A DNA stretch of 64,000 nucleotides from positions 1 to 64,000 of the forward strand of contig JBFGLM010000003.1 of assembly GCA_041576165.1 (NCBI GenBank), read 5' to 3'. Every line of letters starts with the position of its first letter. Positions within the stretch are counted from its first letter, which is position 1. Positions 30,926-39,357 of the stretch are shown piece by piece. A program made the position numbers and the translations under genes. The DNA comes from Acidimicrobiia bacterium. GTDB lineage: Bacteria; Actinomycetota; Acidimicrobiia; Spongiisociales; Spongiisociaceae. The notes under the pieces are model-generated. The model was not told where the DNA came from and did not search any database. It worked only from the letters and a program-made list of their open reading frames with translations.

Positions 30926-33430
30926 TTAGACGACGGGGTCGAGCATCCGCCGAGTCGACGGCTCCCGGGATCCGAGGGCCGACCCCACGCCGGCAATCAC
31001 CGGCACGAGGACCGCAACCGCCAGCACCGTCAACCACGGCACCACGACCGGGAGCGGATTGGGCTGTGAAGCCTGGATGATCGCGACCGGAACGAATCCG
31101 GCCGGGACTGCCAGCACCCCGGCCAGGCCGGCAAGGAGGAACCCTCCTGTGCCTGCCACCTTGCGGCGCATTGCGGGGCCGGCGCCGACCGAGGCCAGGA
31201 TCGCCTGGTCCCGCCGTGACTCCGACGCCACCAGGGCGATGGCCACCGTGAGGATGGCGAGGGCAACGCCGGCGCCTACGGCAAAGGTGACGGCCTTGAA
31301 AGCCGCGTTGCTCGGCTGGGTGTCGAAGAGCGAGTAGACCGCCGCTCCTTCGTAGGCAGTCGCGAGCAGCCGCGCCTCGGCCAGCTTGGGTTTGGAAAGA
31401 TCCGACGGGAGGCGTATCAGCGTGCCGGATGAGTAGGAGGCATCAGTGATGCCCAGCTCCGCCGCCCGTTCTTCCGAGATGACGAAGGCCGGCAGCCAAC
31501 CGTCGTCGAAGCGGGTCGCGGGACCATCGGAGGTAGCGGCTGTGATCTGCGTCCATTCCTCGGAGGCCGATTTCGGAGGCACCTGGAGGTCGGCAGGCGT
31601 TCCTTCCGGGCGCATGGCGCCCAGGGCCACGATCTGTCCTGTTTCCAGTTCGTTGATCGCGTCCTCGGCATGGAGGGCGGTGAGAAGGCCGGCGTCGGCA
31701 ATCATGAGGGGCCCACCCTGCTCGTCGCTGAAGTCGTCTGCTATCCCGGGGATCATCGCCCACACCCCCCAATCGGCTGCCGCCTCTCCGCCCGCCATTT
31801 CCTGCAGCACCGGATAAGCAGCTGGATCCCACGAGGCTTGGCGCAGATCGGCTGCGATCGCGCCGGGGAAAGCGGACAGCAGGTCGTCGACCAGCGTCGA
31901 CTCGCTGCCGTCAGCGGACAGCCCGGGCTGGACGATCACGTGATCCTCGGCCAGCGCGGGAATGGCCGACTCGGAACGCTCCTGTCCAGCCAGCCAGCCG
32001 GCAACTGCCACCGGCATCGCCAGCGCAACCGTGGCAGCGGCAACGGCGGCGCCGGTGCGGCGGGCGTGGCGGGCGGTATCCCGCGCGGCCAGCCGTCCGG
32101 CGGTGGGGAGCCGGTGGGCGCTGTCTCCCAACACCTTGACCATGGTCGGGATCAGAACCAGGAATCCGCCCATGAGAATGACGAGGCCGATGGCCTGAAC
32201 CACACTCTCGAACTTGACGGTGCCCCAGCCGGTGATCACGCCACCGATGATCAACGCCGCCAGACCCCAGCGAGCCAGCCTGGCCGGGGGAGGGGGCGGA
32301 GCGGTGCGTCCCGCCAGTGCGTCGGTCGGGTCGAGGCGGGCTGCCGCTTTCGCCGGGGTGAGCGCGGCCAGCGTGGCCGCCGTGGTGCCCAGCACGACCG
32401 CGCCCAGCAGGAAGAGCGGGGATGGGTCGAGCGGGCCGGTCACGCGGCCGGCGATCGTGTCGAGGTGCGGCTGGACCAGCAATGCACCCACCACCCCGAT
32501 CGCAACACCTGTCAAGGATCCGACCAGACCGAGCACCAATCCGCCCGCAAGGACGGTCAGCCGGGTGTGGCGGGCCTCCCCGCCGGCGGCGGCCAGCAGG
32601 CCCAGTGCCCGAAGCTGGCGCCGGGCCCCGACAGTGAAGGCGGCCGCAGCGATGAGACCTGTCTCGACCAGCGCCAGCGCCGCAATGGCGAAGCTGGCGC
32701 CCATGGCTTCGGTTGCACCGCTCAGCTCCACGATCGATCGCCGGTCGACGGTCGAGACCGGTTGCGCCGCCTGGATCTTGGCGACCGCATCCTGGATCGA
32801 CGTTTCGTCCGGGAGGTCGATGAAGAGGTTGACGGCGGTGTCCTCGTAGCCGGCGAGCGAACCCGGAGCCAGCAGCCCTATCGGGTCCCAGACTGCCTCC
32901 GGCGCAACGGCCACACCGACGACGGTGAGCTCCAGCAGCGGCTCGTCCACGACGAACGTGTCACCGATCTCCAGGCCACGCCGCTCCAGCAGGCGTGGAT
33001 GGACCGCAACCTCGTTCTTGGCATTCGGCGCGCGGCCTTCCAGCACCTGGTACATGCCGACCGTGGCGCCAATGGTGGGCCCGTCGGTCAGATTCACATA
33101 GTCGTAGGCACCCCCCAGCGTGGACTCGCCCGCCAGGTTCCGCTGCACCGCGAATTGTGTCCCCGCGGGCAGCACCTTTTGATACGAGGCCGGATCCGTG
33201 AGCGCCGGATCGTCGCTGCTGAATCCCATGATCGCCAGCTCAGCCCGGCCCATCAGGCCGGTCGCTCGCTCCTCGAACGAGGGTGAGGCGGTTCGAATCG
33301 AGATGGCAGCAGTGGTCAATCCGGCGACGGGCAGGGCGATCATGGCCACCACCAGCAGGCTGCGCCAGCGATTGCGTTTTGCCTCCCGCCACGCCATACG
33401 GGTGGCGGCCTTGAATTCGGCCGCCTTCAT
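30926..33430 (-). CDS. FtsX-like ABC permease (MacB-type, two permease units)
   Basis: GARRQLRALGLLAAAGG and ESRRDQAILASVGA motifs. ATG 33430 overlaps the ATPase stop. Confidence 0.85.
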   Translation of the reverse strand: MKAAEFKAATRMAWREAKRNRWRSLLVVAMIALPVAGLTTAAISIRTASPSFEERATGLMGRAELAIMGFSSDDPALTDPASYQKVLPAGTQFAVQRNLAGESTLGGAYDYVNLTDGPTIGATVGMYQVLEGRAPNAKNEVAVHPRLLERRGLEIGDTFVVDEPLLELTVVGVAVAPEAVWDPIGLLAPGSLAGYEDTAVNLFIDLPDETSIQDAVAKIQAAQPVSTVDRRSIVELSGATEAMGASFAIAALALVETGLIAAAAFTVGARRQLRALGLLAAAGGEARHTRLTVLAGGLVLGLVGSLTGVAIGVVGALLVQPHLDTIAGRVTGPLDPSPLFLLGAVVLGTTAATLAALTPAKAAARLDPTDALAGRTAPPPPPARLARWGLAALIIGGVITGWGTVKFESVVQAIGLVILMGGFLVLIPTMVKVLGDSAHRLPTAGRLAARDTARHARRTGAAVAAATVALAMPVAVAGWLAGQERSESAIPALAEDHVIVQPGLSADGSESTLVDDLLSAFPGAIAADLRQASWDPAAYPVLQEMAGGEAAADWGVWAMIPGIADDFSDEQGGPLMIADAGLLTALHAEDAINELETGQIVALGAMRPEGTPADLQVPPKSASEEWTQITAATSDGPATRFDDGWLPAFVISEERAAELGITDASYSSGTLIRLPSDLSKPKLAEARLLATAYEGAAVYSLFDTQPSNAAFKAVTFAVGAGVALAILTVAIALVASESRRDQAILASVGAGPAMRRKVAGTGGFLLAGLAGVLAVPAGFVPVAIIQASQPNPLPVVVPWLTVLAVAVLVPVIAGVGSALGSREPSTRRMLDPVV

Positions 33431-34140
33431 TGCACGGTTGCCAGCAGCGTGGCGGGTGAATCCCACTCGTTGGCCTCGTCGACGATGCGGCCGTCCCGCA
33501 GGAACACGATGCGGTCGGCCCAGGCGGCGAGCCGGCTGTCGTGGGTGACCAGGATGCCGCAGCCTCCCATCTCGCAGTGCCGGCGCATGACCTGGAGCAC
33601 GGTCTCGCCGGTCGTTGTGTCGAGCGCGCCGGTGGGCTCGTCGGCCAGCAACAGCGTGCGTGTACCAACGATGGCCCGGGCGATCGCCACCCGTTGTTGC
33701 TCGCCGCCCGACAGTTCTTCCGGGAATCGATCCGCCAGCTCACGAATCTCGACCCGGTCCAGGGCTTGAAGTGCTTGTTGCGTGGCGATCCGGTGGCTGA
33801 TGCCATCCAGTTCCAGCGGCAGTGACACGTTCTCGGCCGCAGTCAGGCCTTCGATCAGGTTGTACTGCTGGAACACGTAGCCGATCCGCCGGCGGCGCAG
33901 CGCGGCGCGCGCCGCGACCGACAGCGTGGCTAGGTCGACGTCGTCGACGAACACCTTGCCCGCCGTGGGTTGATCGAGACCGCCGGCCAGCGCCAGCAGT
34001 GTCGACTTGCCTGAGCCGGACGGGCCCATGACGGCCACCAGCTCCCCGCGGTCGAGAGACAACTTGGCATTCACGAGGGCGGCCACCCGTGTGTGGCCTT
34101 CCCCGTGGATGCGGGTGACGTTGTGCAGTTTCAGGATCAT
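33427..34140 (-). CDS. ABC ATP-binding protein (LolD/MacB-like)
   Basis: [32 protein letters not shown]. Confidence 0.92.
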   Translation of the reverse strand: MILKLHNVTRIHGEGHTRVAALVNAKLSLDRGELVAVMGPSGSGKSTLLALAGGLDQPTAGKVFVDDVDLATLSVAARAALRRRRIGYVFQQYNLIEGLTAAENVSLPLELDGISHRIATQQALQALDRVEIRELADRFPEELSGGEQQRVAIARAIVGTRTLLLADEPTGALDTTTGETVLQVMRRHCEMGGCGILVTHDSRLAAWADRIVFLRDGRIVDEANEWDSPATLLATVQ

Positions 34141-34724
34141 TGAGATGCCTCGGGAATGACGGACTGCTGCTCAATGGCCGCAGTCGGTTGGATGGGACTG
34201 CGAGTGATCCGGCCGGCGCGAGCGATTCGTTCTTCACACGCGTCCAGCCAGCGCACCCGCGATTCGGTCTTGAAGATCAGCGAGTCGACGGCCATGAGCC
34301 AGCCCAGATCGGCCTGGTCGCCGGCGTCGGTTTTGAGTTTCGTGTACTCCTGGAGGCGCCGTAGTGCTGCCCGTCGTTCGGTCTGGAGGATCGCAGTGAT
34401 TTCGGCATCCGGATTGGCGGCAGCCAGCACCAGCTTGAGCACGATCTCGTCCCGGGCGGGGATCACGTGCCGGGTGGGCCGGCTGAACCAGCTGTTGAGG
34501 CTGGCCCGACCCGACTCGGTGATCTCATAGACCTTGTGGGTGTCGTCGTGCTCGACCTGCATCAGCACCAGGCCGTCCCGCTCGAGCCGGTTGAGGGTGG
34601 TGTACACCTGGCCGACGTTCAGCGGCCACACGCCGCCGGTGCGGACCTCGAACTCCTCTTTGAGTTGCAGCCCATACATGGGTCGCTCGTCGAGCAGGGC
34701 GAGGATGCTCATCGGGACAGACAC
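34137..34724 (-). CDS. PadR family regulator with C-terminal dimerisation domain
   Basis: YGLQLK.EFE.RTGGVWPLNVGQVYTTLNRLERDGLV, RDEIVLKL. Confidence 0.9.
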   Translation of the reverse strand: MSVPMSILALLDERPMYGLQLKEEFEVRTGGVWPLNVGQVYTTLNRLERDGLVLMQVEHDDTHKVYEITESGRASLNSWFSRPTRHVIPARDEIVLKLVLAAANPDAEITAILQTERRAALRRLQEYTKLKTDAGDQADLGWLMAVDSLIFKTESRVRWLDACEERIARAGRITRSPIQPTAAIEQQSVIPEASQ

Positions 34725-34743
34725 TGAGGATCTCCTCCCAGAT

Positions 34744-34780
34744 CTACTGGGTATAATACTCAGTATAATACCCAGTAGAA
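34744..34780. promoter_or_regulatory. Putative PadR operator: three 12-bp TAC-N3-GTA units
   Basis: TACTGGGTATAA / TACTCAGTATAA / TACCCAGTAGAA; the outer arms form an 11-bp perfect inverted repeat 20 nt upstream of padR. Confidence 0.7.
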
Positions 34781-34816
34781 TGGTCCGTCAAGTGGAGAGC
34801 CCACACATTGCGACGG

Positions 34817-35404
34817 TCAGGGGAGCGGCGGCAGATCGTCGAGATCCGCCGGTCCGATCGGTCCGATTTGCCAGGTGACCGCAACCGTCTCGGGGTTGGT
34901 GCCAAGAGACCACCGGACCACCCGACCCTCAGAGGACAGCCAATACGTGAGGAACAGGTCGGTTCCCAGGCCGAACTCGGGGAGATTCACCCCTGAGGCG
35001 GTGAACCGGTACCGCCCATCCTCTTCCCCCTGCGGCTGGGCCGCGGCCGCGGCCACCAGCACGTCGGCAAAGGAGGGAACCAGCAACGCAGTTGGCCAGG
35101 TAGGGGCGGCGGCGTCGACCGGGGTCCACGGGCGATCGCCAATCCGTTGAAAGCCGCGACTCCCGGCCGTTGTCTCGATGTGAACGAGCGTGGTATCGCC
35201 TTCCGTCGATCGCAGAACGGTTTGGTCGCCGGTAGCGGTTAGTTTGACGCGTGCATCACCAAGCTCCAGGCTCGCGCTGTAACCATTCCCATCGAGCACA
35301 TCGGCCGGCGCCACCGACGCCCCCCATGGCTCGTGAGTCGGTGGTGGGCTACCGCAGGACACCAGCACCGCCAATGCCAGAACGGACGTCAGTACGAGCC
35401 ACAA
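34817..35404 (-). CDS. Hypothetical lipoprotein
   Basis: WLVLTSVLALAVLVSC-GS lipobox; start uncertain (TTG 35404 assumed). Confidence 0.5.
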   Translation of the reverse strand: MWLVLTSVLALAVLVSCGSPPPTHEPWGASVAPADVLDGNGYSASLELGDARVKLTATGDQTVLRSTEGDTTLVHIETTAGSRGFQRIGDRPWTPVDAAAPTWPTALLVPSFADVLVAAAAAQPQGEEDGRYRFTASGVNLPEFGLGTDLFLTYWLSSEGRVVRWSLGTNPETVAVTWQIGPIGPADLDDLPPLP

Positions 35405-35470
35405 GCGGTCCCCGCCGGCGGGGGCGTCGGTCCCGTTGTGGCAGACCCCGGGGTCGCCTACATTGGAGTC

Positions 35471-35653
35471 ATGTTTGGACCGCTCAATGGCGTACGGGTG
35501 GCGCTGGTCGTGTGCGCAGCGGTCGCCGCCGTCTTGGCCGCGTTCCTTGGTCAGTGGGCGGTCACGGTCGTATTGGGGGCGGGAGTGGCCCTGCATGGTG
35601 CCGGCTGGTGGTACCTCTACCGGCAAGCTCAACGGGAATCGATCGACTCCTGA
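35471..35653 (+). CDS. Small two-TM membrane protein (60 aa)
   Basis: TACATT-6 nt-ATG; two hydrophobic helices. Confidence 0.6.
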   Translation: MFGPLNGVRVALVVCAAVAAVLAAFLGQWAVTVVLGAGVALHGAGWWYLYRQAQRESIDS

Positions 35654-35721
35654 GGGGACGGCGGCTGTCATCGCCGGCGCCGGCCTGACGCACCCGCCCT
35701 CAGAACGCCCGCGTCGCCCAT

Positions 35722-36621
35722 TCAGAAATGCCAGGGGAACTCGCTGTAGTCCTGGGGCCGCTTCTCGAGAAAGGCATCGCGACCCTCCTGGGCCTCATCG
35801 CTTGCGTAGGCGAGCCGGGTTGCCTCGCCGGCGAAAACTTGCTGGCCGACCAACCCGTCGTCGATGAGGTTGAAAGCGAACTTCAGCATCCGTTGCGCGG
35901 TTGGGCTCTTGCGGTTGATGATGTCGGCCCATTCGAGGGCGGTTGTTTCCAACTCGGCGTGGGGGACGGCCCGGTTCGCCATCCCCATCGCCACCGCCTC
36001 CTCAGCCGAGTAGTCGAATCCGAGGAAGAACAGCTCCCGGGCGCGCTTTTGACCCATCTGGCGAGCTAGATACGCACTACCGAAACCACCGTCGAAGCTG
36101 GCCACGTCAGCGTCGGTCTGTTTGAAGACTGCGTGTTCCCGGGAGGCAAGCGTGAGATCGCACACGACGTGGAGGCTATGTCCGCCGCCCACTGCCCAGC
36201 CCGGCACAACCGCGATGACGATCTTGGGCATGAAACGTATCAGCCGCTGGACCTCCAGGATGTGGAGCCGCCCCACCCGGGCCGGATCGATCGCCTCCGC
36301 ACTATCCCCTTCCGCATATTTGTATCCGTCCCTGCCGCGGATGCGCTGGTCGCCGCCGGAACAGAACGCCCAAATCCCGTCTTTGGGTGAGGGCCCGTTA
36401 CCGGTCAGCAGGACCGTTCCCACGTCGGTCCACTGGCGGGCGTGATCGAGTGCCCGGTACAGCTCGTCGACAGTGTGGGGCCGGAACGCGTTGCGAACCT
36501 CTGGCCGGTTGAAAGCAATCCGCGCCGTGCCTTGGTCGACTGCACGGTGATAGGTGATATCGGTGAAATCGAAGCCGTCGACTGCGCTCCACCGGTCCGG
36601 GTCGAAGAGTTCAGACACCAT
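35722..36621 (-). CDS. menB: 1,4-dihydroxy-2-naphthoyl-CoA synthase
   Basis: RPEVRNAFRP, AFCSGGDQRIRG, LHILEVQRLIR, GGGHSLHVVCD, SFDGGFGS. Confidence 0.96.
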   Translation of the reverse strand: MVSELFDPDRWSAVDGFDFTDITYHRAVDQGTARIAFNRPEVRNAFRPHTVDELYRALDHARQWTDVGTVLLTGNGPSPKDGIWAFCSGGDQRIRGRDGYKYAEGDSAEAIDPARVGRLHILEVQRLIRFMPKIVIAVVPGWAVGGGHSLHVVCDLTLASREHAVFKQTDADVASFDGGFGSAYLARQMGQKRARELFFLGFDYSAEEAVAMGMANRAVPHAELETTALEWADIINRKSPTAQRMLKFAFNLIDDGLVGQQVFAGEATRLAYASDEAQEGRDAFLEKRPQDYSEFPWHF

Positions 36622-36722
36622 CAGCGCCGACCTTCCATCTACGTCGGCGCAGAACGATACCGCCGTGACCGGCCAGCGATGAAGACGGGAAACGCCTGGC
36701 CAATTGGGGACGTCTAAGGAGC

Positions 36723-36851
36723 ATGAAACGATTGATGGCCGCAGCCCTGACCGTCGCCGTCATCTGGGCTGCCTGCGGACAGAATCCAACGGCGTTGGGC
36801 GAGTACGAGATAGAACCGGCCGACGCCGCGCATGTGATCGAACTGACGTGA
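36723..36851 (+). CDS. Putative 42-aa lipoprotein (absent from the ORF track)
   Basis: AAGGAG directly before ATG; MKRLMAAALTVAVIWAAC-GQNPTALGEYEIEPADAAHVIELT. Confidence 0.5.
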   Translation: MKRLMAAALTVAVIWAACGQNPTALGEYEIEPADAAHVIELT

Positions 36852-36861
36852 TGCTGCGCAG

Positions 36862-37794
36862 TCAGTGAGTGGGTACTGCTTCCGGTTCACACACGCCACA
36901 GGCGACCGAATCGCCGTGGGCAACCACCGCCGCCAGACGGTCCTGCTCCGTTTGGTACTGGGGGGTGTCGTGCCGCGGGGTGCGGTGGTCGATGAGCTCC
37001 CGCGCCTGGTCCTTCCACGGCGTTCCCCAGGAATAGGTCAGTGGCAGGATCGTGCCCGGCTCAGAGATCGATGCGAAAGCGGCGAGCGCGTCGCGCATGA
37101 TCGACACCTGCTCCGCGGGCCGGCCCGGCCGCCCGGTCGTGTGGCCGAGCGGGAAGTCGAGGAAGACGGCGCGGGGAGGGTGCGCGGCTGCCGTGATCGA
37201 CCACGCGCTCGTCATACAGAGAGTGGGGATACCGGCGGCCTCGATCTCGCGTGCGATCAGCCCAACTGACTGATGGCAAACCGGTCAGACCGGCACCAGC
37301 AGCACCACATCGGCGGCCATTTGTTGGACCTCGCCGACGAGGCGGGGGATCAGCTCCGACCGAAGCCGTCGCTGCGAGTAGATCCCGCCCATGAAGGTCA
37401 GCGCGTGCGGAGTGAGGCTGCCCAGCTCTCCCGACTCAACCATGAAACGGAGCGGCTCGATCGGGAAGACGACGTTGGGGTCGCGGCGGGCGTCGGTCTG
37501 GTCGTAGGCGAAGTGGGTGACTCTCAGATCGGTCACCGCGATGGATGTCTCCACCCTTCGGTAGCTCACGTCGTCTTTGTGAGTGAATGCAACCTGGCCG
37601 GATCGGTAGATCCCGCCTGAGGCGATCAGGGCCAGGCGCGCCTGGGCCATCGGAAACGCCATGGGCACGAGCGCCGGCGGGTCGGGGTTGGCGGCCCAGC
37701 GGTATTCGCCATAACCGAGACTGTTGTACGTGGCTCGGGTTTGGGCGATGTAGTCGACCACATCAAGTTCAGCAGGTGCCGGGCGCGGGAACAT
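36862..37794 (-). CDS. PrdB/GrdB-like selenoprotein (glycine/betaine/proline reductase selenoprotein B family); TGA 37285-37287 read as Sec
   Basis: The frame reads ...DVVLLVPV-TGA-PVCHQSVGLIAREIEAAGIPT...PPRAVFLDFPLG and joins ORFs 37285-37797 and 36862-37215 in frame (310 aa). N-half has LALIASGG and DPNVVFPI. Confidence 0.88.
37252..37278 (-). promoter_or_regulatory. Candidate bacterial SECIS hairpin
   Basis: UGC-c-AUCAGUC-[AGUUG]-GGCUGAU-c-GCA; loop starts 17 nt after the UGA with G at loop position 2. Confidence 0.65.
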
Positions 37795-38240
37795 CACGCG
37801 TCCTCAGGCGGTGGCCAGGCCGGGTCGAGCTGGCGCAAGAATTGTTCCACCCGTTCGTGCTCGTTGTGTTCCCCGATGCGCTGCGCGAGGCGGCCCAGTC
37901 CGGCGAGGCACGACAGGAAGCCCCGGTTGGCCTCATGGTCCCACCGAACGTAGCCACTCCCGCGCCAGCCGTTCTTACGCAGAGCGTCCAGCCCCCGGTG
38001 GTACCCGACCCGGAACGCGCTGTAGGCGTGAACCACGTCCACAGCGGAGGTCGCAGCTGCTTCGGTTGCCCGTCCCAACGCCGCCCAGGCGGCGAGGCTG
38101 GCGGGATGTTCGGCGATCACGCCGGCTAGACCCTCGGGGTCGGATCCGGCTGCAGCCAGCCGGGCGTGGAGATCGGCGTCCTCAGCCGGGAGGACGGTAT
38201 CGGGTGGCCCCTCGGCGGAGAGGTCGACTGGCTGGCTCAT
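37794..38240 (-). CDS. DUF3151 family protein
   Basis: AYSAFRVGYHRGLDALRKNGWRGSG.V.W.HEANRGFL. TAGGCT-6 nt-ATG 38240; stop overlaps the selenoprotein start (TGATG). Confidence 0.85.
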   Translation of the reverse strand: MSQPVDLSAEGPPDTVLPAEDADLHARLAAAGSDPEGLAGVIAEHPASLAAWAALGRATEAAATSAVDVVHAYSAFRVGYHRGLDALRKNGWRGSGYVRWDHEANRGFLSCLAGLGRLAQRIGEHNEHERVEQFLRQLDPAWPPPEDA

Positions 38241-38273
38241 CACCCCAGCCTAAACGCCTGCCGGGCGGCGCTG

Positions 38274-39240
38274 TCATCCGGCGATCATCCCGGCATGAAC
38301 GTGGAGCACCGGGCGTCCGGCCTGTACCTCGAGCTGCGTAGCCCAGCCCGAGAACGCCACAGGGGCGCCGAACCAGATCGTCAGGTTGACGCCCAGCGGC
38401 CCCCGGGTGGGCCACCGGCTCTCCGCACGACCCATATCCCTGCGAAGGTCCATAGGGAAAGGCAAGATCGGCGATTACCGCGGGCGATGAGTGATTCCAT
38501 GTCGTCACTCGCCAGCTCGGGCTCGATCCGGCGGTCCCATGCAAACTGCATGTCGGCCGGCCATTGCCGCCGCGTCGCGCCTGACCCTTCGATGCCGGGC
38601 GGCGGTTGCGGATCGAGCTCCGGCATCGGCGCGATCCCGCGGATCCTGATGGTGAGGTCGGAATCGAGCGGGATTCGGATGACGTGCTGGTCGTGCCAGT
38701 CGACGCCCAGTTCATCCCCGCCGAAATCCGGGACGCAGAGATCCGGACGATCTGCGGTGAAACGACTGACCGAAATTAAGAGACCCCAGCCTGGGCGCCC
38801 GTGGTCAGGTCGGCGAAGTAAACGCCGTCGGCCGGAAGCCGGTGGTCGGAAAGGGAGCGCCGGGCGACTCCGGCCCGACATAGTTGGTGCCGCAGCCCCG
38901 CCGGCAACGGGCAGGTCGACATCGGCAGGTGCCAACCCGTATCCATGTGGATGGTGGGATACGCGGTTCGGTGACGTAGCCGTGATTGATGTAGATCCAA
39001 ACCGGGTCAGCCATGCTCGGTGTCCATTCGTCCCGAGCCAGACGGGAACCGTCGGCCAAATGGACGACCCAGGGGGGCCAGTGCGAGCGTTCGCAGCTGC
39101 GGATTCGCGTTGACTGAGCCGGGGCCGGCAACGTTTCGGTTTCCGGTGGTCGTGTATCTGGCGACCCGCAACTCGCCACCAGGGCAGTTACCAGAAGCAA
39201 CGAAAGTCAGCGCGCCAGCGGGGAGCCGGCCAGTTGCTGC
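38274..39240 (-). pseudogene. Probable fragmented lipoprotein gene
   Basis: Lipobox LVASC is preceded by an in-frame TGA (39207-39209). Protein-like pieces are spread over several minus frames. Confidence 0.4.
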
Positions 39241-39357
39241 AACACAGCGACTCCGTTTTCGGCGTGACCGCTCCCCTGTCAGCGTTGCGCCGGCGGGGGA
39301 CGTTGCCTCGAGAGCCCAACGTCACCGTGTGTCAGGTTTTACGCGCTGTGCGTTCGA

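Noticed and set aside
36624-36650. 8-bp hairpin around the menB RBS
   Set aside because: The likely -10 (TATCGT) puts the TSS inside one arm, so a regulatory role is unsupported.
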